DNA of 64,000 nt from Desulfosoma sp. (GTDB taxonomy: Bacteria > Desulfobacterota > Syntrophobacteria > Syntrophobacterales > DSM-9756), in contig JBBFKW010000013.1 of NCBI GenBank assembly GCA_037481835.1, forward strand, positions 32,001 to 96,000, in the 5' to 3' direction. Shown here piece by piece: positions 41,109 through 51,347 of this stretch. The position numbers and the translations under genes were made by a program. A model generated the notes under the pieces. It was not told where the DNA came from, ran no database searches, and saw nothing but the letters and a program-made list of their open reading frames with translations. Within the stretch, counting starts at the first letter, position 1; every line of letters starts with the position of its first letter.

Positions 41109-41927
41109 GTGGTGACGCTTTGGGACACTTTTCTTTCGTGGCCTCCGGTGGCCCAAGCGCTCGCGGCGACGCTCTTTACCTGGTTGACGACGGCTTTCGG
41201 GGCGTCGGCGGTCTTCTGGCGCCGGACTTTTCCCCAGGCTTTTTTGGATGCCATGCTGGGCTTTGCGGCGGGGGTCATGATCGCCGCGAGCTACTGGTCG
41301 CTCTTGGAGCCGGCCTTAAAACTTTCGGAAGGGACGGCCCTGCCGTGGATGCCGGCGGCGGTGGGATTTCTCGCCGGCGGCCTTTTCCTTCGGGCTCTCG
41401 ACGCGGTGCTTCCCCACCTCCATGTGGGTTTCCGGGCCGAGGAAGCGGAAGGCCTTCCCACGCGATGGCGCCGCAGCGTCCTTTTGGTTTTGGCCGTAAC
41501 CCTGCATAACATTCCGGAAGGCTTGGCCGTGGGAGTCGCCTTCGGGGCGGTTTCCTCGGGGATTCGGGAGGCGGCCCTTTCCGGGGCTCTGGCTTTGGCT
41601 TTGGGCATCGGGCTTCAGAACCTTCCCGAAGGCCTTGCGGTCTCGGTCCCCCTTCGCCGGGAGGGGTTGGGGCCGTTCAAAAGTTTCTGGTACGGACAGC
41701 TTTCGGGCGCCGTGGAACCCCTGGCGGCGGTTGTCGGGGCCTCTTTGGCCGCTTCGTCCTTGGCCCTGCTTCCTTATGCCTTGAGTTTCGCCGCCGGGGC
41801 CATGATCTTCGTCGTCGTGGAGGAAGTGATTCCGGAAGCGCAGCGCAGCGGCCATGCGGATCTGGTCACCATGGCCTGCCTTGTGGGTTTTGTTGGCATG
41901 ATGGTCTTGGATGTGGCCTTGGGATAA
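41109..41927 (+). CDS. ZIP-family metal transporter (ZupT/GufA-like)
   Basis: [44 protein letters not shown]. Confidence 0.93.
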   Translation: MVTLWDTFLSWPPVAQALAATLFTWLTTAFGASAVFWRRTFPQAFLDAMLGFAAGVMIAASYWSLLEPALKLSEGTALPWMPAAVGFLAGGLFLRALDAVLPHLHVGFRAEEAEGLPTRWRRSVLLVLAVTLHNIPEGLAVGVAFGAVSSGIREAALSGALALALGIGLQNLPEGLAVSVPLRREGLGPFKSFWYGQLSGAVEPLAAVVGASLAASSLALLPYALSFAAGAMIFVVVEEVIPEAQRSGHADLVTMACLVGFVGMMVLDVALG

Positions 41928-41943
41928 GGAGGGAGGACAACCG

Positions 41944-43446
41944 GTGGAGCGACGGCGTCGCCTTTTTTGCCTCATCGGCCCTGCTCTGTGTTTCCTTTGG
42001 AGCGCCGTGCCCTTCGATGCGGCGGCGGCGCCGCACAGCGCCGACACTCAGGAATGCCTGGCCTGCCATGTCCAGGCCACGCCGGGCATCGTGTCCGATT
42101 GGCAAAGGAGCCGGCACGCTCAGGTCACCCCCGCCGAGGCCATGGCGGCGGAGTCCCTTTCCCGCAAAGTCAGTTCTTCGGACGTGCCGGAAGGGCTGAA
42201 GGGCCACAGCGTAGGATGCGCCGAATGCCACACCCTGCGCGCCGATGCCCATAAGGATACGGTGGAACACAACGGCTATAGGATGTACGTGGTGGTGAGT
42301 CCTGAAGACTGCCGCACGTGCCACCAGGAGGAAGCGGCACAGTACCGGAAGAACCTCATGGCCCACGCCCATGGCAATCTCATGAAAAACCCCCTGTACC
42401 GCCAACTCATCGATGCCGTCAACGGCCTTCAGACCTTTGAAGGGGGAGCTCTCCAGGCTTTGGCGCCCATGGCCCACACCAATGACGATTCCTGCCTCAG
42501 CTGCCACGGCACGGACGTTAAGGTGCAGGGGACGGTGAGCCGGGACACGGACTTCGGATCCATGGACTTTGCCATTCTCAGCGGCTGGCCCAATGTGGGC
42601 GTCGGCCGCCTGAACCCGGACGGATCCCAGGGGTCGTGTGCGTCGTGCCATGTGCGCCACGGTTTTTCCATCGAAGTGGCCCGTAAGCCCGAAACATGCA
42701 GCCAATGCCACAAAGGTCCGGATGTTCCCGCCTACAAGGTCTACGGCGTGAGCAAACACGGAAACCTCTACGGATCGCTCAAGGAAAAATGGAACTTTAC
42801 CAGCGTGCCGTGGGTGGTGGGAAAAGACGTCAACGCGCCCACATGTGCCGTATGCCACGTGAGTCTCCTGGTGGATGAGAACAAAAACGTGCTCGCCAAG
42901 CGCACCCATGCCATGAACGACCGATTGCCGTGGCGCATCTTCGGCCTCGTCTATGCCCATCCCCATCCTCGGGACCCTGAAACGTTTAAAATCGTCAACG
43001 CGGACGGACTGGCTTTGCCCACCCGCTTGGACGGATCGTGGGCGGCCGATGCCCTCATCGACAAGCCGGAACAGGACGCTCGGCGCACGGTCATGCAGGC
43101 GGTCTGCCTGGGCTGCCACGGCACCTCATGGGTGGGCGGCCACTGGGAGCGGTTTGAAAAAACCCTGGAAGAAACCAACCGCATGACCGGAACGGCTACG
43201 GCCGTGATGGTCCAGGCGTGGAAGGAAAACCGGGCGGCGGGACCGCCCGCCAACCCCTTTGACGAGCCCTTGGAAAAACTGTGGGTGGAACAATGGCTCT
43301 TTTATGCCAATTCCATCCGGTTTTCGTCGGCCATGATGGGTGCCGACTACAGTGTGTTTGACAACGGCAGGTGGTCCCAATCCAAAGGCCTTCGGGAGAT
43401 GGAACGGTTGTACAGGACCCTCTCCCCCGGGCAGAAGGCGAGGTGA
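41944..43446 (+). CDS. Octaheme cytochrome c, HAO-family-like
   Basis: Signal peptide and eight CxxCH motifs (CLACH, CAECH, CRTCH, CLSCH, CASCH, CSQCH, CAVCH, CLGCH); PGIV..W..S.H, SKHG, APTCAVCH. GTG after GGAGG. Confidence 0.88.
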   Translation: MERRRRLFCLIGPALCFLWSAVPFDAAAAPHSADTQECLACHVQATPGIVSDWQRSRHAQVTPAEAMAAESLSRKVSSSDVPEGLKGHSVGCAECHTLRADAHKDTVEHNGYRMYVVVSPEDCRTCHQEEAAQYRKNLMAHAHGNLMKNPLYRQLIDAVNGLQTFEGGALQALAPMAHTNDDSCLSCHGTDVKVQGTVSRDTDFGSMDFAILSGWPNVGVGRLNPDGSQGSCASCHVRHGFSIEVARKPETCSQCHKGPDVPAYKVYGVSKHGNLYGSLKEKWNFTSVPWVVGKDVNAPTCAVCHVSLLVDENKNVLAKRTHAMNDRLPWRIFGLVYAHPHPRDPETFKIVNADGLALPTRLDGSWAADALIDKPEQDARRTVMQAVCLGCHGTSWVGGHWERFEKTLEETNRMTGTATAVMVQAWKENRAAGPPANPFDEPLEKLWVEQWLFYANSIRFSSAMMGADYSVFDNGRWSQSKGLREMERLYRTLSPGQKAR

Positions 43447-43450
43447 CGGC

Positions 43451-44032
43451 ATGGGTCAGCAAAAGCGCTTTTGGGGGTGCATCGTTTTCCTTATGGCTTT
43501 CCTTGCCTGGGGGCTGGGCCGGCCCGAGCCGGGGCGCGCCGAATCGGGCGTCCCCGGAGTCGGCCAAAGCTTTCCGCCCATCGCCCTGGAAGCTCCCAAG
43601 GACCCCGCCATGCGGACCTATCTGGGGATCGGCGCCGCTCAGACCTTCACCGTGGACCAGGTGGACGCCGACGTGGTCGTCGTGGAAATCTTCAGCATGT
43701 ACTGCCCCCACTGCCAGAGGGAAGCGCCCACGGTCAATGCGTTCTACGAACTGGCCCAAAAGAAGAACCGGCCCGGAAAGACCTTGAAGATCCTGGGCAT
43801 CGGGGCGGGCAATTCGCCTTTTGAAGTGGATGTTTTCGCCAAGAAGTACAGCGTGCCCTTTCCCTTGATTCCCGATGGAGACTACAGTGTCCACAAGACG
43901 CTGGGCGAAGTTCGTACACCCCATTTCATCGCCGTCAAACGGAGTGCCGACGGATCCCGCACGGTGGTGTATTCCCAATCGGGGAGTTTTGGATCGCCCG
44001 AGGACTTTTACCGGCGTTTGATGGAACCTTGA
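43451..44032 (+). CDS. Exported TlpA/redoxin-family thiol-disulfide oxidoreductase
   Basis: Signal peptide, FSMYCPHCQREAP, RTPHF cis-Pro loop. Confidence 0.85.
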   Translation: MGQQKRFWGCIVFLMAFLAWGLGRPEPGRAESGVPGVGQSFPPIALEAPKDPAMRTYLGIGAAQTFTVDQVDADVVVVEIFSMYCPHCQREAPTVNAFYELAQKKNRPGKTLKILGIGAGNSPFEVDVFAKKYSVPFPLIPDGDYSVHKTLGEVRTPHFIAVKRSADGSRTVVYSQSGSFGSPEDFYRRLMEP

Positions 44033-44076
44033 GACACGGGGACCGAAAGCCGTAGCCGTACAGCAGGGGCTGGATC

Positions 44077-44697
44077 ATGAAAGGACGTTTAAGACTTTGT
44101 CTTTTGGTCGTCGCGGCCGCGGGTTTTCTGGGTTTGGCGCCGGAGGGCGTCCGAACGGCATGGGGCGTTTCCGAAGCCTTTCACGGAAAGATCTACGTGC
44201 CGGGGCCGTTGAAGCCCGTGGATTCGCAACTCAAGGTGCGCGTCGGAGACGCGGCCCCCGACTTCGTCTTGCCGTCCGTTTCGGGGGAAAAGATCCAGTT
44301 GTCCCAGTTTCGAGGGCGGAAAAACGTGGTCTTGTCTTTCGTCCCGGCGGCCTGGACTCCCGTGTGTTCCGACCAATGGCCGGGCTACAACATCGCCAAG
44401 GACCTTTTTGAAGCCCACGATGCCGTCCTTTTGGGGATCAGCGTGGACAATCTTCCCACGCTTTTCGCCTGGACCCAGGAAATGGGCGGGCTTTGGTTTC
44501 CGGTCCTCTCGGATTTTTGGCCTCACGGCGCCGTTGCGGACCGCTACGGGGTGCTGAGATCGGACGGCGTTACGGAGCGGGCGATTTTCATCATCGATAA
44601 GGCAGGTGTCATCCGTTACATCGATGTCCACGACATCAACCAAAGACCCCCTCTGGAAGGAATTCTCAAGGAACTCGAGAAGCTCCAAAAGCCCTGA
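44077..44697 (+). CDS. Exported peroxiredoxin (AhpC/AhpE-like)
   Basis: Signal peptide, VGDAAPDF, FVPAAWTPVCSDQ, LSDFWPHG, ERAIFIIDK. Confidence 0.88.
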   Translation: MKGRLRLCLLVVAAAGFLGLAPEGVRTAWGVSEAFHGKIYVPGPLKPVDSQLKVRVGDAAPDFVLPSVSGEKIQLSQFRGRKNVVLSFVPAAWTPVCSDQWPGYNIAKDLFEAHDAVLLGISVDNLPTLFAWTQEMGGLWFPVLSDFWPHGAVADRYGVLRSDGVTERAIFIIDKAGVIRYIDVHDINQRPPLEGILKELEKLQKP

Positions 44698-44768
44698 CGG
44701 GTTCCGGCGGGACGGGAAAGCGCGCTGGGGCCGCAGGGGTTCCTCAGGGGAGAAAGGAGCGGAGTGCT

Positions 44769-45116
44769 GTGAAAAAAGTTCTCTTGTGCGCTTTCAACGG
44801 GGAAATCATGTGTTTTGTTCACGTGCTGCTGAACGCCCTGGATTTTGCCGGCCGTGGCTATGATACGGCCGTTGTGGTGGAAGGGGCGGCCGTCAAGGCC
44901 GTTCCCGAAATCGCTTCACCCGATCATCCCATGCACGGGCTCTATGCGGACGTGAAAAAAGCCGGTCTCATCCACGGCGTGTGTCGAGCCTGTTCGGTCA
45001 AGTTCGGCGTTGTGGACGGCGTGGAAAAGGAAGGTCTGGAGCTGCTCGCGGACATGAAAGGTCATGCGAGCCTTGCCCGGTACGTGGATCAGGGGTTTGA
45101 GGTGATCACCTTTTGA
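44769..45116 (+). CDS. DsrE-like protein
   Basis: CFVHVLLNALD, VEGAAV, CRACS, GHAS, ends GFEVITF. Confidence 0.75.
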   Translation: MKKVLLCAFNGEIMCFVHVLLNALDFAGRGYDTAVVVEGAAVKAVPEIASPDHPMHGLYADVKKAGLIHGVCRACSVKFGVVDGVEKEGLELLADMKGHASLARYVDQGFEVITF

Positions 45117-45133
45117 GAAGAGGAGGAAAGACG

Positions 45134-45322
45134 ATGTCCAAGAAGAGGTACAAGGTTCGAGGCCAGTGCCCGCAGTGTGCGTGCGGCGATGTGACGTTTT
45201 TGGGACCGGAAAAGCTCAGGGACAAATACATCGGCCCGGAAGAGGAAATGGAAATCCTCTGCCCCACGTGCGGGACCAAACACAAGGCCACGGTCGTGGA
45301 AGTGGAAGAAGTCAAGGAATGA
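45134..45322 (+). CDS. Small Cys-rich zinc-ribbon-like protein (62 aa)
   Basis: GAGGAGG RBS; CPQCAC and CPTCG. Confidence 0.75.
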   Translation: MSKKRYKVRGQCPQCACGDVTFLGPEKLRDKYIGPEEEMEILCPTCGTKHKATVVEVEEVKE

Positions 45323-45347
45323 GACCGCTTTCATGAGGAGAACGATT

Positions 45348-45800
45348 GTGCCCAAAGCCCTCGTGGTTTACGCCACGCGCACCAACCAGACCAAAGGGAT
45401 CGGGGAACTCATCGCCGAGGGGTTGCGAACCTCCGGCGTGGACGTCACCGTCCTGAGTGTTCAGGAGTTCGACAAGGGGGAGGTGGACCCCCGGGATTTC
45501 GACGCCGTCGTCTTGGGATCGGCCACCTATCATGGGGAAATGATGCAGCCCATGAAGACCTTTCTTTTCAAGCTGGAGCAATACGACTTGAAGGGCAAGG
45601 TGGGCGGGGCTTTCGGGGCTTTCGGGTGGAGCGGCGAGGCCCCGGGGCGGATTTTTGAAACCATGAAGAACATCTACCTGATGGAGATGGTCAGTGGGCC
45701 GCTCAAACTCAAATCCAGTGCGCTGAGCGGCGGCATGCAGATGGCGCAGCGCTACGGGCAGGAAATCGCTCAAAAGCTGAAAGCCGCCGCCTCGACCTAG
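45348..45800 (+). CDS. Flavodoxin
   Basis: YATRTNQT, LGSATYHG, AFGAFGWSGEA; GAGGAG RBS before GTG. Confidence 0.9.
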   Translation: MPKALVVYATRTNQTKGIGELIAEGLRTSGVDVTVLSVQEFDKGEVDPRDFDAVVLGSATYHGEMMQPMKTFLFKLEQYDLKGKVGGAFGAFGWSGEAPGRIFETMKNIYLMEMVSGPLKLKSSALSGGMQMAQRYGQEIAQKLKAAAST

Positions 45801-45907
45801 GAGCCTGTCCGACAATGGGGAGTTGGACAGGGCTGGAGGGGAATCGAGCTCAGGGCCTGAGAAGGCCGAATTTTCATGGTTCGTCGTCTCGCCGAGGCGA
45901 GATGCAA

Positions 45908-46034
45908 GGTGGGGTTCGCTGCGCTCACCCCATCCGACGAGTTTGTTTATGAATGCCGGCCGGCGAGATGGAGATCGGGGTGAGCGCAGCGACCACCAAA
46001 CAAACTCCGACAGTAATCGCCAAAGCGCTCCTAC
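45908..46034. repeat. Cluster of REP-like elements
   Basis: Minus-strand copy 45908-45938 (gtcg-gatggggtgagcgcagcgaaccccacc), degenerate plus-strand copy 45977-45998, and a gtaggagcgc-type fragment on the minus strand near 46025-46034. Confidence 0.72.
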
Positions 46035-46107
46035 GGGACGCGGATGGGGGTCCGCGAAGGACCCCTGAGACTTGATTGCATGAGGGCACGAAAAGGAGGA
46101 GAAAAGG

Positions 46108-46311
46108 ATGACGACCCCGAGACATTGCCCAGGCTTCGAGCAGTTCAAGGATCTTCGGTCTTTCGTGTGCAAATGCGAAGGGTGCGGTGCGGAAAAGGAG
46201 ATTTTTTCCGATGAGTTCGACAAGAAGCACACGTGCCCCAAATGCGGCCAACCCATCGATTTTACGAAATGCGCGGTGTACGCCGGGGGGCAGGACGAAA
46301 CGCCCCGATAG
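46108..46311 (+). CDS. Small Cys-rich metal-binding protein (67 aa)
   Basis: AAGGAGGAG RBS; HCPG, CKCEGC, EIFSDE, CPKCG, plus a further Cys. Confidence 0.75.
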   Translation: MTTPRHCPGFEQFKDLRSFVCKCEGCGAEKEIFSDEFDKKHTCPKCGQPIDFTKCAVYAGGQDETPR

Positions 46312-46491
46312 GGATTAAATCCCGAAGGGATGGAACCCGCCCAGCCCTTTTGCCACGGAGCTTCCCGGATTTCCTGCAAAGGACCCGAGAGGGCGGGGGC
46401 GCCGGTTTCAGGCGCCCCCGATTTTCGGTCAGCCTCCTCGAGGGTCTCGATCACTTCAAGGCCAGCCCCCGGCTTCAACAAGGATCCCTCC

Positions 46492-48555
46492 ATGCCGAAC
46501 AAACTTGCCGAAGAGAAAAGCCCCTACCTGCTGCAGCATGCCGAAAACCCCGTGGATTGGTATCCGTGGGGTGAAGAAGCCTTCGCCAAGGCGCGGCGTG
46601 AAGACAAACCCGTGTTTTTGAGCATCGGCTACGCCACATGCCATTGGTGCCATGTGATGGCCCATGAATCCTTTGAAGACGAGGAGGTGGCGGCATACCT
46701 GAACGAGCATTTCGTCGCCGTAAAGGTGGACCGGGAAGAGCGGCCTGACATTGACGGCGTCTACATGAGCGTCTGCCAGGTGATTTCGGGGCACGGCGGC
46801 TGGCCTTTGTCCGTTTTCCTGACCCCGGAGGGGCTGCCCTTTTTCGCCGGCACCTACTTTCCAAAAAGAGCGCGCATGGGGATGCCCGGCTTCCTGGACC
46901 TCCTTCAGGAAATCGTCCGGCTCTGGCGCGAAGAGAGAAAGAAACTCACGGAAACCGGCCAAAAGATCCGCGAGGTATTGCAGCAGGCGTCCAAGGGGGA
47001 GGAAGCCTTCTTGGAGGAAGGGGACCTGGAACGGGCTTTCAGCCAGTTGCGCGGCGCCTTTGACCCGCGATGGGGTGGATTCGGGGAAGCGCCCAAGTTT
47101 CCCACCCCGCATCAACTGGCCTTCCTGCTGCGTTACCACGCCCGTACGGGAAACCCGGCGGCTTTGGGCATGGTGGAAGAGACGCTCATGGCCATGCGTC
47201 AGGGCGGCATTTTCGACCAGCTTGGCTATGGGTTTCACCGTTATTCCGTGGACGCTCAATGGCTGGTGCCCCACTTTGAAAAAATGCTCTACGATCAAGC
47301 CCTCTTGGCCATGGCGTACCTGGAAACGTTTCAGGTGACGGGAAAAGCCTTTTACGCGCAGGTGGCCCGGGAAATTTTCGAATATGTGCTGAGAGACATG
47401 ACCGATCCGCTCGGGGGATTTTATTCCGCCGAAGATGCGGACACCGAAGGCGAAGAGGGGTTGTTCTACACGTGGACGCCGCAAGAAATCCAGGCCGTTT
47501 TGCCTGAAAGCGAGGCGGCGCTGGTGTGTCGATATTTCGGCGTGACGCCAAGAGGCAACTTCGACAAAGGGCGAAGCGTCCTTCATGTCGCCGACGATCC
47601 GAAAACCCTGGCCCAAGGGGCCGCAATGACCGTTCAGGACGTCATGGACCTCGTGGAAAAGGCGCGCCGCGCCCTTTTTGCCCACAGGAAAACGCGGCCG
47701 GCCCCGCTCAAGGACGACAAGATCCTCACGGCTTGGAACGGCCTTATGGCCGCCGCGTTGGCCATGGGATCCCGAGTGCTCGCCGATCCGAGCTATCTGG
47801 ATGCGGCGGCCCGCGCGGTCCACTTCGTCTGGGACACTCTCCGCGATCCCCGGGGACGGCTTTATCGGCGCTTTCGCCACGGCCATACGGCCTATCCCGG
47901 CTATCTTGACGATTACGCTTACTTGGGCTGGGCTTTCCTTGAATTGTACGAGGCTTCCTTCGACCCGGCTTATTTGGAAAAAGCCGTCTTGGTGCACGAG
48001 GCCATGATGGATCTTTTTTGGAACGAGGACCAAGGCGGCTTCGATTTCACCGCCAAGGACGGGGAACAGCTCATCGTGCGGGAACGGGACGTGTACGACG
48101 GCGCCGTGCCTTCCGGCAACTCCACGGCGCTCAACACTCTCGCCCGTCTCGCTCAGATCACGGGGGATGGGCGTTGGGAAGAGGCGGCAGACGGCATCGT
48201 GCGCGCCTTTGCCCACGAAGTGAAACGGTATCCCAGGGCTTATACCCATTTCCTGAACGGCTATGATAGGGTTTTGGGGCCCGGATGCGAAGTGGTCCTG
48301 GTCGGTTCCTCCCAGGATCCCCACTGCCGGGCCATGGTGCAAGAGGTGCGCCTGGGGTTTCGGCCGCGCACGGCCGTCGTGGTGAAGCCCCTGGAAGATT
48401 CGGCCCGGGATCTTCTGGAAAGGCTGATTCCTTTTACGGCGTCCATGGATCCAGTGGGCGGCCGGCCGACGGCCTATGTGTGCCAAGGCCGGCAATGCGG
48501 CCGTCCCGTCACCGACCCGGAAGACTTGGCAACCCTTCTGGGGGCGGCTCGATGA
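46492..48555 (+). CDS. YyaL/SSP411-family thioredoxin + alpha/alpha-barrel protein
   Basis: [57 protein letters not shown]. Confidence 0.94.
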   Translation: MPNKLAEEKSPYLLQHAENPVDWYPWGEEAFAKARREDKPVFLSIGYATCHWCHVMAHESFEDEEVAAYLNEHFVAVKVDREERPDIDGVYMSVCQVISGHGGWPLSVFLTPEGLPFFAGTYFPKRARMGMPGFLDLLQEIVRLWREERKKLTETGQKIREVLQQASKGEEAFLEEGDLERAFSQLRGAFDPRWGGFGEAPKFPTPHQLAFLLRYHARTGNPAALGMVEETLMAMRQGGIFDQLGYGFHRYSVDAQWLVPHFEKMLYDQALLAMAYLETFQVTGKAFYAQVAREIFEYVLRDMTDPLGGFYSAEDADTEGEEGLFYTWTPQEIQAVLPESEAALVCRYFGVTPRGNFDKGRSVLHVADDPKTLAQGAAMTVQDVMDLVEKARRALFAHRKTRPAPLKDDKILTAWNGLMAAALAMGSRVLADPSYLDAAARAVHFVWDTLRDPRGRLYRRFRHGHTAYPGYLDDYAYLGWAFLELYEASFDPAYLEKAVLVHEAMMDLFWNEDQGGFDFTAKDGEQLIVRERDVYDGAVPSGNSTALNTLARLAQITGDGRWEEAADGIVRAFAHEVKRYPRAYTHFLNGYDRVLGPGCEVVLVGSSQDPHCRAMVQEVRLGFRPRTAVVVKPLEDSARDLLERLIPFTASMDPVGGRPTAYVCQGRQCGRPVTDPEDLATLLGAAR

Positions 48556-48675
48556 GGAAGACAGCCCTTGCGAGAGAGAAAACTTCGAAAGGTAAGGGAA
48601 TCGCCTCCCACTGCGGTTCGGGTTTTTTGAGAAGCGGCCTCGGCCGCGATCGTGGCGTGAAAGAAAGGAACGAAC

Positions 48676-49185
48676 ATGAGTGCGAATCAACCGGTGATCA
48701 AAGTGTTCGAGTACGCATTGAACCAGGAAGAGACGGGAAAGCTGTTTTTCCAAACGGCGCTGCAGCGCATGGGGATCGGTGCTGCGGTGAGCGCCTTCAA
48801 GAGGCTGATCGCCGAGGAAGAAAAACACATCGCCTTCATCAGCCGTATTTTGGACGAGCTGCGCCGCGGCAAGGAAGTGGATCCCGGACAGCTCCAGGAT
48901 CTCATCCTGGAGCCCACGGACTACTTCGACGAACGGGCCAAAAAGGAATTCATGGAACAATGCGTGGAAGGGTCCATGGTCCCTGATGTGACCGTGTTCA
49001 ACACGGCGTGGCTCATCGAAAAGGATCTGAGCGAATTCTATGCCGCCATGGCCCAAAAGGCCGTCGGGAAGGCCAAAGACGCCCTTTCCATGCTTTCTCG
49101 GTGGGAAAAGCAGCATGAAATGTTTTTCCGCCAGTTTCGGGACAAGCTCAGCGAAGCCTATGCCCAGATGCCGTGGGGCGGATGA
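48676..49185 (+). CDS. Ferritin-like/rubrerythrin-family protein
   Basis: EEEKH and WEKQH motifs; C-terminal MPWGG. Confidence 0.82.
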   Translation: MSANQPVIKVFEYALNQEETGKLFFQTALQRMGIGAAVSAFKRLIAEEEKHIAFISRILDELRRGKEVDPGQLQDLILEPTDYFDERAKKEFMEQCVEGSMVPDVTVFNTAWLIEKDLSEFYAAMAQKAVGKAKDALSMLSRWEKQHEMFFRQFRDKLSEAYAQMPWGG

Positions 49186-49224
49186 TTTTTCCCTGGGCGA
49201 ACCTTGAGGGCGGGAGGATCGGCC

Positions 49225-50721
49225 GTGAGGGATTGGGAGTTTGGGTACCATCGGCGGACGTCTTACGGGCGCGGGGCTTTGGGAGGCGGAACTGTGGATT
49301 GGAGCGCCCGCCCCGCCGTGTACAAGAACTATCGAAGCCTTCCAACGGTGCCCTTGCCGGACGACATCCGCGGGGTTCACCGGCCCTTTTTCGAGGTTCT
49401 GTTCCACACGCCCGGCATGGATACACGGCACCAAGAGCTCGATGCGGAAAAGCTGGGTCGAGCCCTTGTGCTGACCTACGGGATCACGGCTCAAAGCGGT
49501 CGGGGGGCGGACGCCTTTTTCTACCGTTCCGTCCCGTCTGCAGGGGCGCTCTACCCGTGTGAACTCTACGCCGCCGTTCAGGGCCTTCCGGATCTGGAAG
49601 ACGGACTCTACCATCACGACCTGGCCCGAAACCGCCTGGTTCGGCTCCGAGCGGGCCGCTTTCTGCGCTCCGAGGAACCGTGGGCCGCGGCGTTCTTCGT
49701 GACGGCCCTCTTCTATCGCAGTGCTTGGAAATACCGGGACCGCGCCTACCGCTATTGCCTTCTGGATGCGGGCCATCTGGTGGAAAACGCTTTCTTGGTG
49801 TTGCAATCGGAAGGGCTGGCGGCCCGGGTTTTTTACAGATTCGACGATGGCGCGGTAAACGCCTTCCTCGGGCTGGATCCCGAAAGGGAAGTCTGTCTCG
49901 CCGTCCTGACGATGCCGCATGCGGAACCGGAAGAAAGGGAAGCTTTGCCGGACAAACCCGGGTTTTTCGAACTGGGTGAAACCCGCAACGACCCCGTGCA
50001 GCCCGAAGCCTGCCGCATGAGTCCTTCGGATAGGGTTCCCGCATTGATTTTGGATGCGCATCGCCGAACGGCCTTGGACCCACCGGGAGGTTTTCCGGGA
50101 TCCCGCCCGGCGGGGACCTTCCGTTCGGGGGCGGAAGCCGGGCGCAAGGTGCCGAAACCCAACGCCGAGGCCATGTCCTGGAGTGTGCCCCTTGCCGAAG
50201 CCGTATGGCGGAGGCGGTCTTACAGGAACTATGTCTCCCAGCCCGTATCGTCTTCCGTGTGGCACGCCCTGTGGCACAGCCTCTCGCTGCGCTTCGTGTT
50301 ATGCCCGCCCTTGGAGGTGCTTGTTGCCTGCGGCGACGCCGAAGAACTGCCCGCGGGCATCTACCGATGGGATGCGGCGGCAGGCACAACGAGCCTGGTG
50401 AAGGCCGGCGATGTCCGCGCGGCGTCGGCTCACGCGTGTCTCGACCAGGACTGGCTGCGGCACGCGGTGTTTCATTTCGCGTTCGGGGTGCATTGGCCGG
50501 ATGTGTGGGACATCTTGGGGCCTCGAGGCTACCGGGCGGCCATGCTGGATGCAGGGCGGTTGGGCCAAAGGGTGTACTTGGCATCCACGGCCTTGGGACT
50601 CGGCGCGTGCGGCATCGGAGCTTTTTACGATGACGAACTGCGCCGCGTCTTCCATCTGGACGAGGATTGGGACGTCGTCTACGTCACCGCATCGGGACCG
50701 GTCAAGAAACTGTGGAAATGA
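49225..50721 (+). CDS. Tandem SagB/nitroreductase-family FMN-dependent oxidoreductase
   Basis: RSVPSAGALYPCELY, WKYRDRAYRYCLLDAGH, second domain RRSYR ... GACGIGAFYD. Confidence 0.88.
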   Translation: MRDWEFGYHRRTSYGRGALGGGTVDWSARPAVYKNYRSLPTVPLPDDIRGVHRPFFEVLFHTPGMDTRHQELDAEKLGRALVLTYGITAQSGRGADAFFYRSVPSAGALYPCELYAAVQGLPDLEDGLYHHDLARNRLVRLRAGRFLRSEEPWAAAFFVTALFYRSAWKYRDRAYRYCLLDAGHLVENAFLVLQSEGLAARVFYRFDDGAVNAFLGLDPEREVCLAVLTMPHAEPEEREALPDKPGFFELGETRNDPVQPEACRMSPSDRVPALILDAHRRTALDPPGGFPGSRPAGTFRSGAEAGRKVPKPNAEAMSWSVPLAEAVWRRRSYRNYVSQPVSSSVWHALWHSLSLRFVLCPPLEVLVACGDAEELPAGIYRWDAAAGTTSLVKAGDVRAASAHACLDQDWLRHAVFHFAFGVHWPDVWDILGPRGYRAAMLDAGRLGQRVYLASTALGLGACGIGAFYDDELRRVFHLDEDWDVVYVTASGPVKKLWK

Positions 50722-50819
50722 AAGGGCAAGCCCGTTCCTGGAGACGAGCGGGCGTCAAGCCCGACACAACAACCCTTGGGAGCGGGAACGGACTGTTGAA
50801 AAGGAGGAGACTCGGCTTC

Positions 50820-51065
50820 ATGGAACGGTTTGAGTATTCCATTACGAGGCATCCGGCGGAAAGCTTTCGAGAGACGGCCTATTTTTGTACGGCCGAAGGC
50901 TCGTGCCGTCTCGAAGACGTTCCTGTGGATCAGACGGCCATCCTGGAAAAGCTCTTGAACGAACGCGGCAAACAGGGCTGGGAACTGGTCCAGATCGCCT
51001 TCGGCACAAGCGGCCTCTTGGCCTTTTGGAAACGCCGCATCGTCGAAGTGTCTCCGAAACGTTAA
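50820..51065 (+). CDS. Small DUF4177-like protein with CxxxGxC
   Basis: FEY at the N-terminus, LNERGKQGWELV, FWKR; AGGAGGAG RBS. Confidence 0.7.
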   Translation: MERFEYSITRHPAESFRETAYFCTAEGSCRLEDVPVDQTAILEKLLNERGKQGWELVQIAFGTSGLLAFWKRRIVEVSPKR

Positions 51066-51146
51066 ACACGTTGCCCGCCTGTGCCGATCTGAGCAAGGCC
51101 TCGGGTTGATTCACAAGGTGATGACAGGAAAGGGTAAGGGATCGGG

Positions 51147-51347
51147 ATGAAGGAAACAGTGCGTATCAAAGGGATGTCCTGCGGTCATTGTGTCAAGGCG
51201 GTGGAAAAGGCCTTGGGCGAGGTGCCGGGGGTGGAAAAGGTGCACGTGGACCTGGCTTCAGGGACGGCGACAATGGACACTTCCGGACCTTTGGACATGG
51301 CCGAGGTTCGCCGGAAAATCGAGAAAGCGGGTTATGAACTGGTCTGA
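51147..51347 (+). CDS. copZ: Copper chaperone (HMA domain)
   Basis: [10 protein letters not shown] ... IEKAGY. Confidence 0.9.
   Translation: MKETVRIKGMSCGHCVKAVEKALGEVPGVEKVHVDLASGTATMDTSGPLDMAEVRRKIEKAGYELV

Noticed and set aside
49225..50721. SagB-type dehydrogenase plus Cys-rich small ORFs as a thiazole/oxazole RiPP cluster
   Set aside because: No YcaO, E1-like protein, peptidase or exporter; the small proteins have metal-ribbon CxxC spacing, not leader-core structure.
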